IMG/VR virus record: IMGVR_UViG_3300006120_000064
Span: 1 to 30,419 of that record
From: a virus
Taxonomy: Duplodnaviria > Caudoviricetes
Strand: one strand, 5' to 3'
DNA length: 30,419 nucleotides
Position numbers and translations under genes: made by a program. Below the pieces are notes generated by a model. It had not been told where the DNA came from and ran no database searches. It saw only the letters and a program-made list of their open reading frames with translations. Shown one piece after another: positions 1-6,823 of the stretch (position 1 is the first letter of the stretch; every line of letters begins with the position of its first letter).

Positions 1-2
1 GG

Positions 3-122
3 GTTGGGCTGACACCTACCGATATGCAGAAACTTTCAGCCGAATGGTGGACTCCTAACGAAAATGAGGTGGTATTGATAAATTGGATTGAAGCCAAACT
101 CAAGGAGAAGAACAGTGTCTAG
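3..122 (+). CDS. 3' end of a hypothetical phage protein (truncated by the window start)
   Basis: Open frame VGLTPTDMQKLSAEWW...IEAKLKEKNSV ending TAG at 120-122. The (W)VGLT...EAKLKEKN ending is typical of small betaproteobacterial phage proteins. Confidence 0.6.
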   Translation, partial: VGLTPTDMQKLSAEWWTPNENEVVLINWIEAKLKEKNSV

Positions 123-576
123 AAAAAAATGCCGTAGGAAAATCTGGTCAACGGCCATCAATCCTATTGCTCACGCCATAGCAGGCGCTGCCATTGTGGA
201 TCAGTCTAGCCTGAACAAACTCAGGTTAGGCGAGCTGTCTGCTCTGGAGTCTATGCGTATGGGTCACGGTACAATTGATGATTGGAAAATGTTAGTTGAC
301 ATGCTCAACATCACATTGACCTTTATCAGGCATGGCGTTGGCGTAGAAGCCAAAGAGGACTGCCAGATTGCTCAAGATAGTTTGCACAAGGCTGCCAAGC
401 GTTACGAGAAAATCAAACGCATGGGTCTTGACGGCGCAGGCATCAAAGCCATTCAAAACGTTTATGAGTATCACGACCTGCAGCGGCAAAGCGTTGCAAG
501 ATCGTTTTACGAGGACATGATCGAGAAGACCAGAAACTACATCGCCTCCAGAGGTAAGGATGTGGTGGTCATATGA
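115..576 (+). CDS. Conserved hypothetical phage protein
   Basis: ORF 88..576. GTG at 115 follows AAGGAG and overlaps the previous stop, so it is the likelier start. Confidence 0.75.
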   Translation: MSRKKCRRKIWSTAINPIAHAIAGAAIVDQSSLNKLRLGELSALESMRMGHGTIDDWKMLVDMLNITLTFIRHGVGVEAKEDCQIAQDSLHKAAKRYEKIKRMGLDGAGIKAIQNVYEYHDLQRQSVARSFYEDMIEKTRNYIASRGKDVVVI

Positions 577-866
577 TGTACAGGAACAGGAAGTTACTTG
601 ATTTACTTAGAGAATCCCCATGCCAGAACTGTGGTCGCAAAGACGGCACGGTTGTGGCAGCTCACTCCAACCAGCTCAGAGACGGCAAAGGCCGTGGCCT
701 CAAAGCGAGTGACTACAGGTGTGCAGCGTTATGCAGCATCTGTCACTACGACATTGACCAAGGCAGCAAGCTGTCCAAGTTTCAGCGTATAGAACTTTGG
801 GAAGAAGCCCACCGCAAGACCATCGGCTGGCTTTTTGAAAATGATCATATAGAATTGAAGGGTTGA
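573..866 (+). CDS. Zn-binding HNH-like putative nuclease (DUF968/DUF1364-like)
   Basis: Pattern CQNC...VVAAHSN...GKGRGLKASD...LCSICH; ATGA overlap with the upstream gene. Confidence 0.75.
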   Translation: MMYRNRKLLDLLRESPCQNCGRKDGTVVAAHSNQLRDGKGRGLKASDYRCAALCSICHYDIDQGSKLSKFQRIELWEEAHRKTIGWLFENDHIELKG

Positions 867-911
867 AACGACTATGTTGTAGAAACCGTTGGTGGGTAGT
901 TGACGCTACCC

Positions 912-986
912 CCAACACGCATGAGGATTAAATTGTCGGTCTAATCCGAACTGGATAAACATAACCAGAGTCCTCAGCCGTGTTGG
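912..986 (+). ncRNA. Structured RNA repeat unit 1 (conserved closing stem, variable interior)
   Basis: CCAACACG-CA-TGAGGAT pairs with GTCCTCA-GC-CGTGTTGG. Internal hairpins TCGG/CCGA and CTGG/CCAG. Confidence 0.7.
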
Positions 987-1037
987 TGTTTGAGCTGAAG
1001 GTCCAAGCATTAAACGAGTCTCCTGAAGACCGCCAAC
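982..1037 (+). ncRNA. Structured RNA unit closed by GTTGGTG/CGCCAAC
   Basis: Closing stem 982-988/1031-1037. Internal hairpins GTTTGA-GCT..AGC-A-TTAAAC and GTCT/AGAC. Same closing-stem type as the C4-like RNA downstream. Confidence 0.5.
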
Positions 1038-1040
1038 AAC

Positions 1041-1111
1041 TAACACGCATGAGGATTGCGACATTGCTTCGTTCGGGGATTAACGACCCCTTCAGTCCTC
1101 AGTCGTGTTGG
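1041..1111 (+). ncRNA. Structured RNA repeat unit 2
   Basis: AACACGCATGAGGATT (1042-1057) is identical to 914-929. AGTCCTCAGtCGTGTTGGTG (1094-1113) differs from 969-988 at one base. Internal GGGG/CCCC hairpin. Confidence 0.7.
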
Positions 1112-1198
1112 TGAATGCGTAGGCTGTGTACGTGAGCGGTCACGGCTGTTGAAAGGGAACAATCCTCCCAAGCTGGAGATCAGTACCAGCCACCGACA
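1106..1198 (+). ncRNA. C4 antisense RNA-like cloverleaf
   Basis: GGTGAATGCGTAGGCTG...GCTGGAGATCAGTACCAGCCACC matches my recollection of the phage C4 family pattern (GGTGAATGCGCAGGCTGATGCGC...GCCGGAGATCAGCACCGGCCACC). Stems TGTTGGTG/CACCGACA, GCGTA/TACGT and GCTGG/CCAGC. Confidence 0.7.
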
Positions 1199-1203
1199 AC
1201 CTA

Positions 1204-1233
1204 TTGACACGGCATGAAAATCTATGCTACAGT
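1204..1233 (+). promoter_or_regulatory. Sigma70-type promoter driving the small RNA
   Basis: TTGACA (1204-1209), 18 bp, then TACAGT (1228-1233) with an extended -10 TG. Confidence 0.6.
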
Positions 1234-1238
1234 CTGAC

Positions 1239-1323
1239 CCATCTCTTCTCCTAGCAGGTTAGAGACGGTTCTCCTTTTGAAACCTTTAAAAACCCATGGC
1301 CTAAAAAACTGTGGGTTTTTTTT
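1239..1323 (+). ncRNA. Putative anti-Shine-Dalgarno small RNA with two seed loops
   Basis: Lies between a promoter and an intrinsic terminator with no ORF. Loop 1 TCTCCTAGCAGGTT (stem TCTCT/AGAGA) and loop 2 CTCCTTTTGA (stem GGTT/AACC) are complementary to RBS regions elsewhere in the window. Confidence 0.7.
1289..1323 (+). terminator. Rho-independent terminator
   Basis: AAAACCCATGG-loop-CTGTGGGTTTT; the T run continues to T8. Confidence 0.75.
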
Positions 1324-1334
1324 CGTCTGGGGTA

Positions 1335-1361
1335 TTGACAATCTTTTTAGATGTGTATAAT
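1335..1361 (+). promoter_or_regulatory. Sigma70-type promoter of the replication operon
   Basis: Perfect TTGACA (1335-1340) and TATAAT (1356-1361), but only 15 bp apart. The spacer holds the inverted repeat ATCT-TTTT-AGAT. Confidence 0.6.
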
Positions 1362-1368
1362 CCAAACC

Positions 1369-1462
1369 GTTGTCGTCGTACACAACAAATCGAAAGCCGT
1401 TACTCATGCATTGGCCTCCCTCTTGGGAGGGTACGACCCAGTGCAGTAGTAACGGTTTTTTT
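1369..1462 (+). ncRNA. Structured leader/attenuator RNA with a loop-bulge pseudoknot (architecture like P4 CI RNA, IsrK or c4 target elements)
   Basis: Hairpin GTTGT/ACAAC with loop GTCGTAC (1375-1381). Long stem 1393-1459 with a 7-nt bulge GTACGAC (1431-1437) that is the exact complement of that loop. Ends in T7. Confidence 0.7.
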
Positions 1463-1727
1463 GTTTTCTGTCACGGCAACCCTCAGAGCGGGTTAGCTAA
1501 TGGTCCTTGTCGGGGATGCACTCAAAGAACCGATGCGCTTACTGACAAGCCAGCGCGAGAACTTGCTAGAGGTATCTCAGGAACAAGGCAAATTGGGTGA
1601 TGGTCGAATAGCTGACGTAAACAGCGCCTTGGAAATTGAATCTAGACCTTATGGGTGGAGTAGTCTTAAACAAGATGGCTCAAGTTGGTGGGTATCACCT
1701 TCTTGGCTTGTCCTATGGGAAACAGAA

Positions 1728-2048
1728 ATGAAGTATGGTCGTGAAGATAATTTAATTGCTGAAAATTTAAGGAAACAAGGGAAATCTTTTCTAGATACTA
1801 AAGAATGGAAGGAACTTAGACGAGCTGTCGTGGCTACTTATGGTCGCAAATGCATGAAATGTGGCACAACACCTAAAAATCCAAAGATGACGCACGTTGA
1901 CCACATCAAATGTAGAAAGAAATATCCAGAACTTGCTCTTGACTTCAACAATTTGCAGGTTTTGTGTTGTAGATGCAATAAACAAAAAGGCAATCGCCAC
2001 CAAACAGATTACAGAAAATTAAATCTTGGGGAAACTATGGGCAAATAA
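1728..2048 (+). CDS. HNH endonuclease
   Basis: F..TKEWKELR...CMKC...HVDHIK...NNLQVLCCRCNKQKGN. ATG 1728 is the likelier start than 1500. Confidence 0.9.
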   Translation: MKYGREDNLIAENLRKQGKSFLDTKEWKELRRAVVATYGRKCMKCGTTPKNPKMTHVDHIKCRKKYPELALDFNNLQVLCCRCNKQKGNRHQTDYRKLNLGETMGK

Positions 2049-2103
2049 TTTTCTGAGAAGTTGGTTTTTTTTGATAGACTGTTCACCCTGCTAGGAGAAA
2101 CAA

Positions 2104-2406
2104 ATGAGTAAAACACAAGTCCAGACCAAACTGGATGTGATGGAAGAGCGTCTTTACGAGCTAACGGACACCATTGTCAGCTTGGAGGCACAGCTTAACG
2201 CTGCCAAAGACGTGATCTCAGCCCACCGTTGGGACGCCACAGAGATTGAGATTGAAGACATCCATGATACGGTGAAGGAGTTGCGTGAGCAGCTGCGGAT
2301 CTTGGAGCTGGACAACAACGCCTTGCGAGACAGCAGGGACATGTTTCAATCTCGGAATGCGGAGCTGATTCGCACTGTTACCAGCCTCAAAAAGAAGCTG
2401 AAATAA
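2104..2406 (+). CDS. Coiled-coil hypothetical protein
   Basis: Strong RBS (TAGGAG) and heptad-like Leu/Glu pattern; directly upstream of the helicase. Confidence 0.85.
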   Translation: MSKTQVQTKLDVMEERLYELTDTIVSLEAQLNAAKDVISAHRWDATEIEIEDIHDTVKELREQLRILELDNNALRDSRDMFQSRNAELIRTVTSLKKKLK

Positions 2407-2407
2407 C

Positions 2408-3895
2408 ATGGCGCTAGAACTCAGAGAACACCAGCTGAGCGTGGTTGACGCCCTGCGTCAGGGCTTCATAGACGGCCACCGCTGCCAGCTTCTTTACGCC
2501 CCTACAGGATTTGGCAAGACAGAGGTTGCCATTTACCTGATGCAGGCCACATCCCGCAACTACAAACGTGCTGCCATGGTCTTGGACAGGATCGTTTTGA
2601 TCGACCAGACCAGCCTGCGGTTGGACAAGTACCGCATTAGCCATGGCGTCATACAGGCACAGCACTACCGGCGTGATCCAAGGGAGAGGATTCAGATTTG
2701 CTCATCCCAGACGATTGAGCGACGCAACTCTTTCCCAGACATCGACCTGCTGATCGTGGATGAGTGCCACATAACCCGTCAGCAAATCACCAGAATCATC
2801 CAGAACAACCCCAAAATCAAAGTCATAGGGTTAACTGCCACCCCGTTTACAAAAGGGCTTGGAGCGATTTATTCCAATGTTGTGTGTGCATCGACCACTG
2901 AGAGCCTGGTCAACAACAAATGGTTGACGCCGCTGCGGGTGTACATCTCCAAAGAGATCGACATGACGGGGGCTAAGAAGCTGGCTGGCGAGTGGAGTCC
3001 CGACGAAGTGACAGAGCGGGGCATGAAAATCACTGGCGACATCGTGGAGGAGTGGATTAAAAAGACCCATGAAGTGTTCGGAAAACCGAGGAAAACTATT
3101 GTTTTTTGTGCTGGAGTAGCCCATGGCCAAGATTTGGTAGAGCAGTTTGCCCGTAAAGGTTATAACTTTGTAAGTATTTCTTACAAGGACAACTCGGAAT
3201 ACAAGCGGGAAGTGATTGATGATTTTGCCAAGCCCGACACGCAGATTCATGGATTGATTGCCACAGACATTTTGACCCGTGGGTTTGATGTGCCAGATGT
3301 GATGATAGGGGTGTCAGCCCGACCATTCAGCAAGTCATTGTCCAGCCATGTGCAGCAGCTGGGTAGGGTGATGAGGTCATTTGAAGGTAAAGAATTTGGT
3401 TTGTGGCTTGACCATTCGGGTAACTACGTAAGGTTTCGTGAGGATTGGGAAGAGATTTACGCCAACGGCGTGAAGAAGTTAGATGAAAAGTTAGAAAAAG
3501 CCAAGAAAGAGCCAACGGAGAAGGTTAAAACAGAAGCAAAGTGTCCGCAGTGTTCTGCGTTATGGCCAAAAAACTCGTATTCGTGTGCTCATTGCGGGTT
3601 TGTACGCCCCAAGAAACAGATTGAATCTGTTGAAGGTGAGATGGTGGAGCTTGGATTCAACGGGCGGCAGTCACATGATGTGAAACAGCAGTTTTATTCT
3701 GAGCTGCTGCACATTGCTCATACCAAGTCATACAACCCAAACTGGGCAAGTAACAAGTACCGTGAGAAATTTGGAGTCTGGCCTCGCGGATTGAAGGATG
3801 AAGCCAAAACGCCTTCGCTTGAAACTATGAAATGGGTGCAGCACCGCAACATTGCATGGAGCAGACGCCTAACCAAAATGAGGAAAACCGCATGA
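2408..3895 (+). CDS. Superfamily 2 DNA helicase (SSL2/RadD-like) with C-terminal zinc finger
   Basis: Q motif LREHQ, Walker A APTGFGKT, DECH, TAT, RGFDVP, QQLGRVMR, CPQC..CAHC. Confidence 0.95.
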   Translation: MALELREHQLSVVDALRQGFIDGHRCQLLYAPTGFGKTEVAIYLMQATSRNYKRAAMVLDRIVLIDQTSLRLDKYRISHGVIQAQHYRRDPRERIQICSSQTIERRNSFPDIDLLIVDECHITRQQITRIIQNNPKIKVIGLTATPFTKGLGAIYSNVVCASTTESLVNNKWLTPLRVYISKEIDMTGAKKLAGEWSPDEVTERGMKITGDIVEEWIKKTHEVFGKPRKTIVFCAGVAHGQDLVEQFARKGYNFVSISYKDNSEYKREVIDDFAKPDTQIHGLIATDILTRGFDVPDVMIGVSARPFSKSLSSHVQQLGRVMRSFEGKEFGLWLDHSGNYVRFREDWEEIYANGVKKLDEKLEKAKKEPTEKVKTEAKCPQCSALWPKNSYSCAHCGFVRPKKQIESVEGEMVELGFNGRQSHDVKQQFYSELLHIAHTKSYNPNWASNKYREKFGVWPRGLKDEAKTPSLETMKWVQHRNIAWSRRLTKMRKTA

Positions 3896-4200
3896 TACAA
3901 GATGAAATTATTGAGATGGCTAGACAGGCTGGCATGGCCTATGAAGATGACACCGACAGGTACATTGCAAACATTGACGACCTTCAAGACTTTGCCAAAC
4001 TGGTAGCACTGCGTTACGAAAAGAAAATTGCAGACCTTGAGAACATTATTTGTCAACGTCATTGGGATGTTCTGCAAGAACGTGAGGCGTGTGCAAAGAT
4101 TATTTACGACTCTTGGGAATCAACAACAGCGGGTGAAGGTATACCCGAAGATTGGCTTTTGACTTTGGCAGAACTAATTCAAGCAAGGAGTAACGCATGA
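3892..4200 (+). CDS. Hypothetical phage protein
   Basis: ATGA overlap at 3892. EIIEMARQAG...EREACAK...IQARSNA is typical of betaproteobacterial phage small proteins. Confidence 0.8.
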   Translation: MIQDEIIEMARQAGMAYEDDTDRYIANIDDLQDFAKLVALRYEKKIADLENIICQRHWDVLQEREACAKIIYDSWESTTAGEGIPEDWLLTLAELIQARSNA

Positions 4201-4466
4201 AAAAAGAACTTATTTTCGTTTTGACCGCAATCTTGGCAGGTTGTGCAGCTCAAAAACAGTACAACGACTACACAGATTTGCCCAATTCCACGATGTTGGT
4301 GGACAAAGAAATGTCAGCGTTGTCTCGCAGCCAAATTATTTCAGCGATTCAGGAATGTCAATCGGGAAACCTACGACCCGTTCTCATCTATTCCAAGCGC
4401 AAAATAAACGGTCAGGTCAACGACACGGTGGTTGATGTCTCTTGTGCCCCCAAATTTGGACAGTGA
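4197..4466 (+). CDS. Putative lipoprotein
   Basis: MKK, a hydrophobic stretch, then lipobox LAGC; AAGGAG RBS. Confidence 0.75.
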   Translation: MKKELIFVLTAILAGCAAQKQYNDYTDLPNSTMLVDKEMSALSRSQIISAIQECQSGNLRPVLIYSKRKINGQVNDTVVDVSCAPKFGQ

Positions 4467-4468
4467 AA

Positions 4469-5308
4469 ATGGACTTTGTTGAATTTGCCCAAGGTCACGG
4501 CCTTATAGTCAATCAGATTGTCACCAACCGCTGGGTGGCCACGCCAACGCAAGACCATCCGAGGTCGTCAAACGGCAGGTACAAGTTTTTAGGCGATGTT
4601 GGTTGGGTGCAGAACTGGGCTTTGATGGAAAAGCCAGCCACATGGTTTGCAGAAGGCAAAAATGCCCAGAGCCTTGAGGTTAGGCAATCCATTTTGGGTT
4701 CGACCCAAGACAGAGACGAAAAGGCAAAAAAGGCCAAGGCCAAGGCAGAATGGATTCTGCAGCAGACCAGTTTGGAGTCACATCCGTACTTGGACAAAAA
4801 GGGTTTCGCCGACCAACAGGGAAACGTTTGGCAGCGGGAGGGGCAGCGGATTTTAGTCATTCCAATGCGTCACGGCAGGGAATTGACAGGCTGCCAGCTC
4901 ATTGATGAGCAGGGGAGCAAAAAGTTCTTGCATGGTCAGGTTAGCAAAGGCGCAACTTTCACCATCGGTGCAAAGGGGACTGCAATATTTGTTGAGGGTT
5001 TCGCTACTGGATTGTCGGTGCGTACCATCATGCAGCATATGAACATTCCTTGTCACATCCACATTTGCTTTAGTGCAAGCAATGTGGAGTTTGTATCTAG
5101 GAACCATCGGAACGGGGTCATCGTTGCTGATAACGACCCCCACGGAGTCGGAAAGGCCGCTGCCGAGAAAGCAAGCAAGCCGTATTGGATTTCCGAAACA
5201 GTCGGGGAAGATTTCAATGATTACCATAAGCGTGTTGGTGATTTTAGGGCGTCACAGTCCTTAAAGAAGACGCTACTTTCCTTAAAAACCTTGCCTCAAT
5301 CTGCCTAA
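4469..5308 (+). CDS. Toprim-domain DNA primase (COG4643-like)
   Basis: HPYL..KG, LVIPM, QLID..G.KKFL, EGFATGLS, ADND, DFND motifs; ATG 4469. Confidence 0.9.
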   Translation: MDFVEFAQGHGLIVNQIVTNRWVATPTQDHPRSSNGRYKFLGDVGWVQNWALMEKPATWFAEGKNAQSLEVRQSILGSTQDRDEKAKKAKAKAEWILQQTSLESHPYLDKKGFADQQGNVWQREGQRILVIPMRHGRELTGCQLIDEQGSKKFLHGQVSKGATFTIGAKGTAIFVEGFATGLSVRTIMQHMNIPCHIHICFSASNVEFVSRNHRNGVIVADNDPHGVGKAAAEKASKPYWISETVGEDFNDYHKRVGDFRASQSLKKTLLSLKTLPQSA

Positions 5309-5525
5309 CTCGTTCACGGGTCACGCCGTGCATCAGTCCGATTTCATGCAGGGAATAACCTTTTGACCGCATACAAAGGATGTCCCAGTATCGTTCACGG
5401 CTTTCATCACGCAAGCTGCCGTACATTTCGTTGAATTTTTCTTTGTTTGGAAAGTCAACCAGTTTGTAAGGGGTTTCCCCCCCTACAAGTACTGGTACTT
5501 TACCTTTTGCTTCTTTTAAGTTCAT
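5244..5525 (-). CDS. Sigma70 region 4-like HTH protein
   Basis: SLHEIGLMHGVTRERVRQIEARFLRK matches the sigma70 region 4.2 motif. Confidence 0.85.
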   Translation of the reverse strand: MNLKEAKGKVPVLVGGETPYKLVDFPNKEKFNEMYGSLRDESRERYWDILCMRSKGYSLHEIGLMHGVTRERVRQIEARFLRKVASSLRTVTP

Positions 5526-5737
5526 AAGTCAATCTCCATGATTCTGTAGTCGTGTGGTTTGTACTGGGATTCGGATGAATACCAACCATCGCCGTGTTTT
5601 GTTTCAAGAAAGTCGCACAGATACTTCAGTGCTTCGGTGTATGTCTTAAACCGACAAGGGCGGGGTTTCCCCCGCTCGTCTTGCACAGTCCATCGATTTA
5701 TCCATTCGTTTTTGTCGTAGGTCTGAATTTCAAACAT
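5522..5737 (-). CDS. Hypothetical early protein
   Basis: Tightly coupled ORF in the minus-strand operon. Confidence 0.75.
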   Translation of the reverse strand: MFEIQTYDKNEWINRWTVQDERGKPRPCRFKTYTEALKYLCDFLETKHGDGWYSSESQYKPHDYRIMEIDL

Positions 5738-6168
5738 TACCAGCTCGATTGATAGGTGAAAGAGAATTCTTCAAGGTTTGGGTCACTGAGCAGCGTGTTA
5801 AGCATCTCTGCCGTATCTTTGATGTCAGCCCAATAATCTTCGTCATATTCTTTTGAACCGAAAAAGAATCCTTCAGCTCTAGGCAGCAGGTGGCTATACC
5901 CGCTGTCTAAGCATTGTCGGCAGGTCTGCAGCAGCTCGATTAGTTTGTCACGGTCAACATCGTATTCCCTGCAGGTGTCTTCGCCGTTTTGCACGTTTTG
6001 CACAAACCAGTTATGGATGTGGTTTGCCTTACGCCAGTAGGCAGCCTCGATTGTGATTTCTTTGACTCGGTTTCCAATTTCAAGGATTTCACCGATTTGT
6101 TTTGCCACTTCGGCGTCTTTGTTACGCCACAGGTATTTCTTGGCGTTGAGGTACATATCTAATCCCAT
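5737..6168 (-). CDS. Conserved phage protein (MGLDMYL/YWRKAN family)
   Basis: MGLDMYL...YWRKANHIHNWF...GFFFGS...YQSSW; AAGGAG RBS. Confidence 0.9.
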   Translation of the reverse strand: MGLDMYLNAKKYLWRNKDAEVAKQIGEILEIGNRVKEITIEAAYWRKANHIHNWFVQNVQNGEDTCREYDVDRDKLIELLQTCRQCLDSGYSHLLPRAEGFFFGSKEYDEDYWADIKDTAEMLNTLLSDPNLEEFSFTYQSSW

Positions 6169-6171
6169 GGT

Positions 6172-6354
6172 TTACTCCTTGTAGTTTTCCTGCTGCAGCA
6201 GAAGTTCTTCAATACCTTTGAGGGTTTCGGGTGAAACGGCTAACCAGTTGGTTTTGCCGTGTGACGATTGAATCTGCATGACAAACCGCTGGTCACTATC
6301 TGGTGTTAGCGGGAATGGTGCGACTTTGAACATTTGTGCTTCAACGTAGGTCAT
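6172..6354 (-). CDS. Hypothetical early protein
   Basis: ATGA overlap and GAGG RBS. Confidence 0.7.
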   Translation of the reverse strand: MTYVEAQMFKVAPFPLTPDSDQRFVMQIQSSHGKTNWLAVSPETLKGIEELLLQQENYKE

Positions 6355-6623
6355 CCTCGTGCCTCCATTTCTGCTTGTGTTTCCTCTTCGGTTATGTTAG
6401 CCAATGGCACTCCCCAAAGTAGGTCGTCTACAGTGCTTTCAAAGTGTTTTCTTGTCATTTCGAGACAATCAATCAGTGTGTAGGGCGGCATGAATTCAAC
6501 CAGTTCCCAAGCCACAACCGAATCGTCTTCGGCACGGATGAGGTCAATAATGTCTTGATACTCCAATTCTTTTGGGTAGTCGGACAGCCATTCGTTTAAT
6601 GCGAATCGTTCTGAATGTTTCAT
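6351..6623 (-). CDS. Acidic hypothetical early protein
   Basis: Start MKHSERF at 6623 with an ATGA overlap and GAGGAG RBS. Confidence 0.75.
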   Translation of the reverse strand: MKHSERFALNEWLSDYPKELEYQDIIDLIRAEDDSVVAWELVEFMPPYTLIDCLEMTRKHFESTVDDLLWGVPLANITEEETQAEMEARG

Positions 6624-6823
6624 GCTATTTGCTCCTCTAGTTTCCATTTGATTGCGTCATTCCACATACAAAGTGCATCCATGATGCTGGTGTACTCGCT
6701 TGAATAGTCCATGTCTTCTCCGTTTGCCCACTGTTCAACAAACTTGGCCACCCGTGTTGGGTGAACGTCTGCCACGTTGTTTGCGTATGCTTCTACGAAT
6801 GCGTCTTGTTCTGCTGGTGTCAT
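6620..6823 (-). CDS. Hypothetical early protein
   Basis: ATGA overlap and AAGGAG RBS. Confidence 0.75.
   Translation of the reverse strand: MTPAEQDAFVEAYANNVADVHPTRVAKFVEQWANGEDMDYSSEYTSIMDALCMWNDAIKWKLEEQIA

Noticed and set aside
920-930. CATGAGGATTA resembles the MS2 coat operator
   Set aside because: The complementary CCCATGT arm is missing; the sequence pairs instead with the distal GTCCTCA.
1020-1026. A third anti-SD-like loop (CTCCTGA)
   Set aside because: At most about 7 nt of complementarity to an RBS, mostly the generic SD, so not distinguishable from chance.
914-1113. Repeats as a CRISPR or TIGR array
   Set aside because: Only two copies. The two repeat types pair with each other around structured inserts, spacing is irregular, and no cas or Nop-domain gene is in the window.
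1106-1198. Possible tRNA gene
   Set aside because: Cloverleaf-like, but it lacks the TTC T-loop, a canonical anticodon arm and a CCA end. It fits a C4-type RNA better.
1222-1600. ORFs 1222..1407 (-), 1311..1496 and 1370..1600
   Set aside because: They lack good RBSs and run through promoters, terminators and RNA stems, so they are probably spurious.
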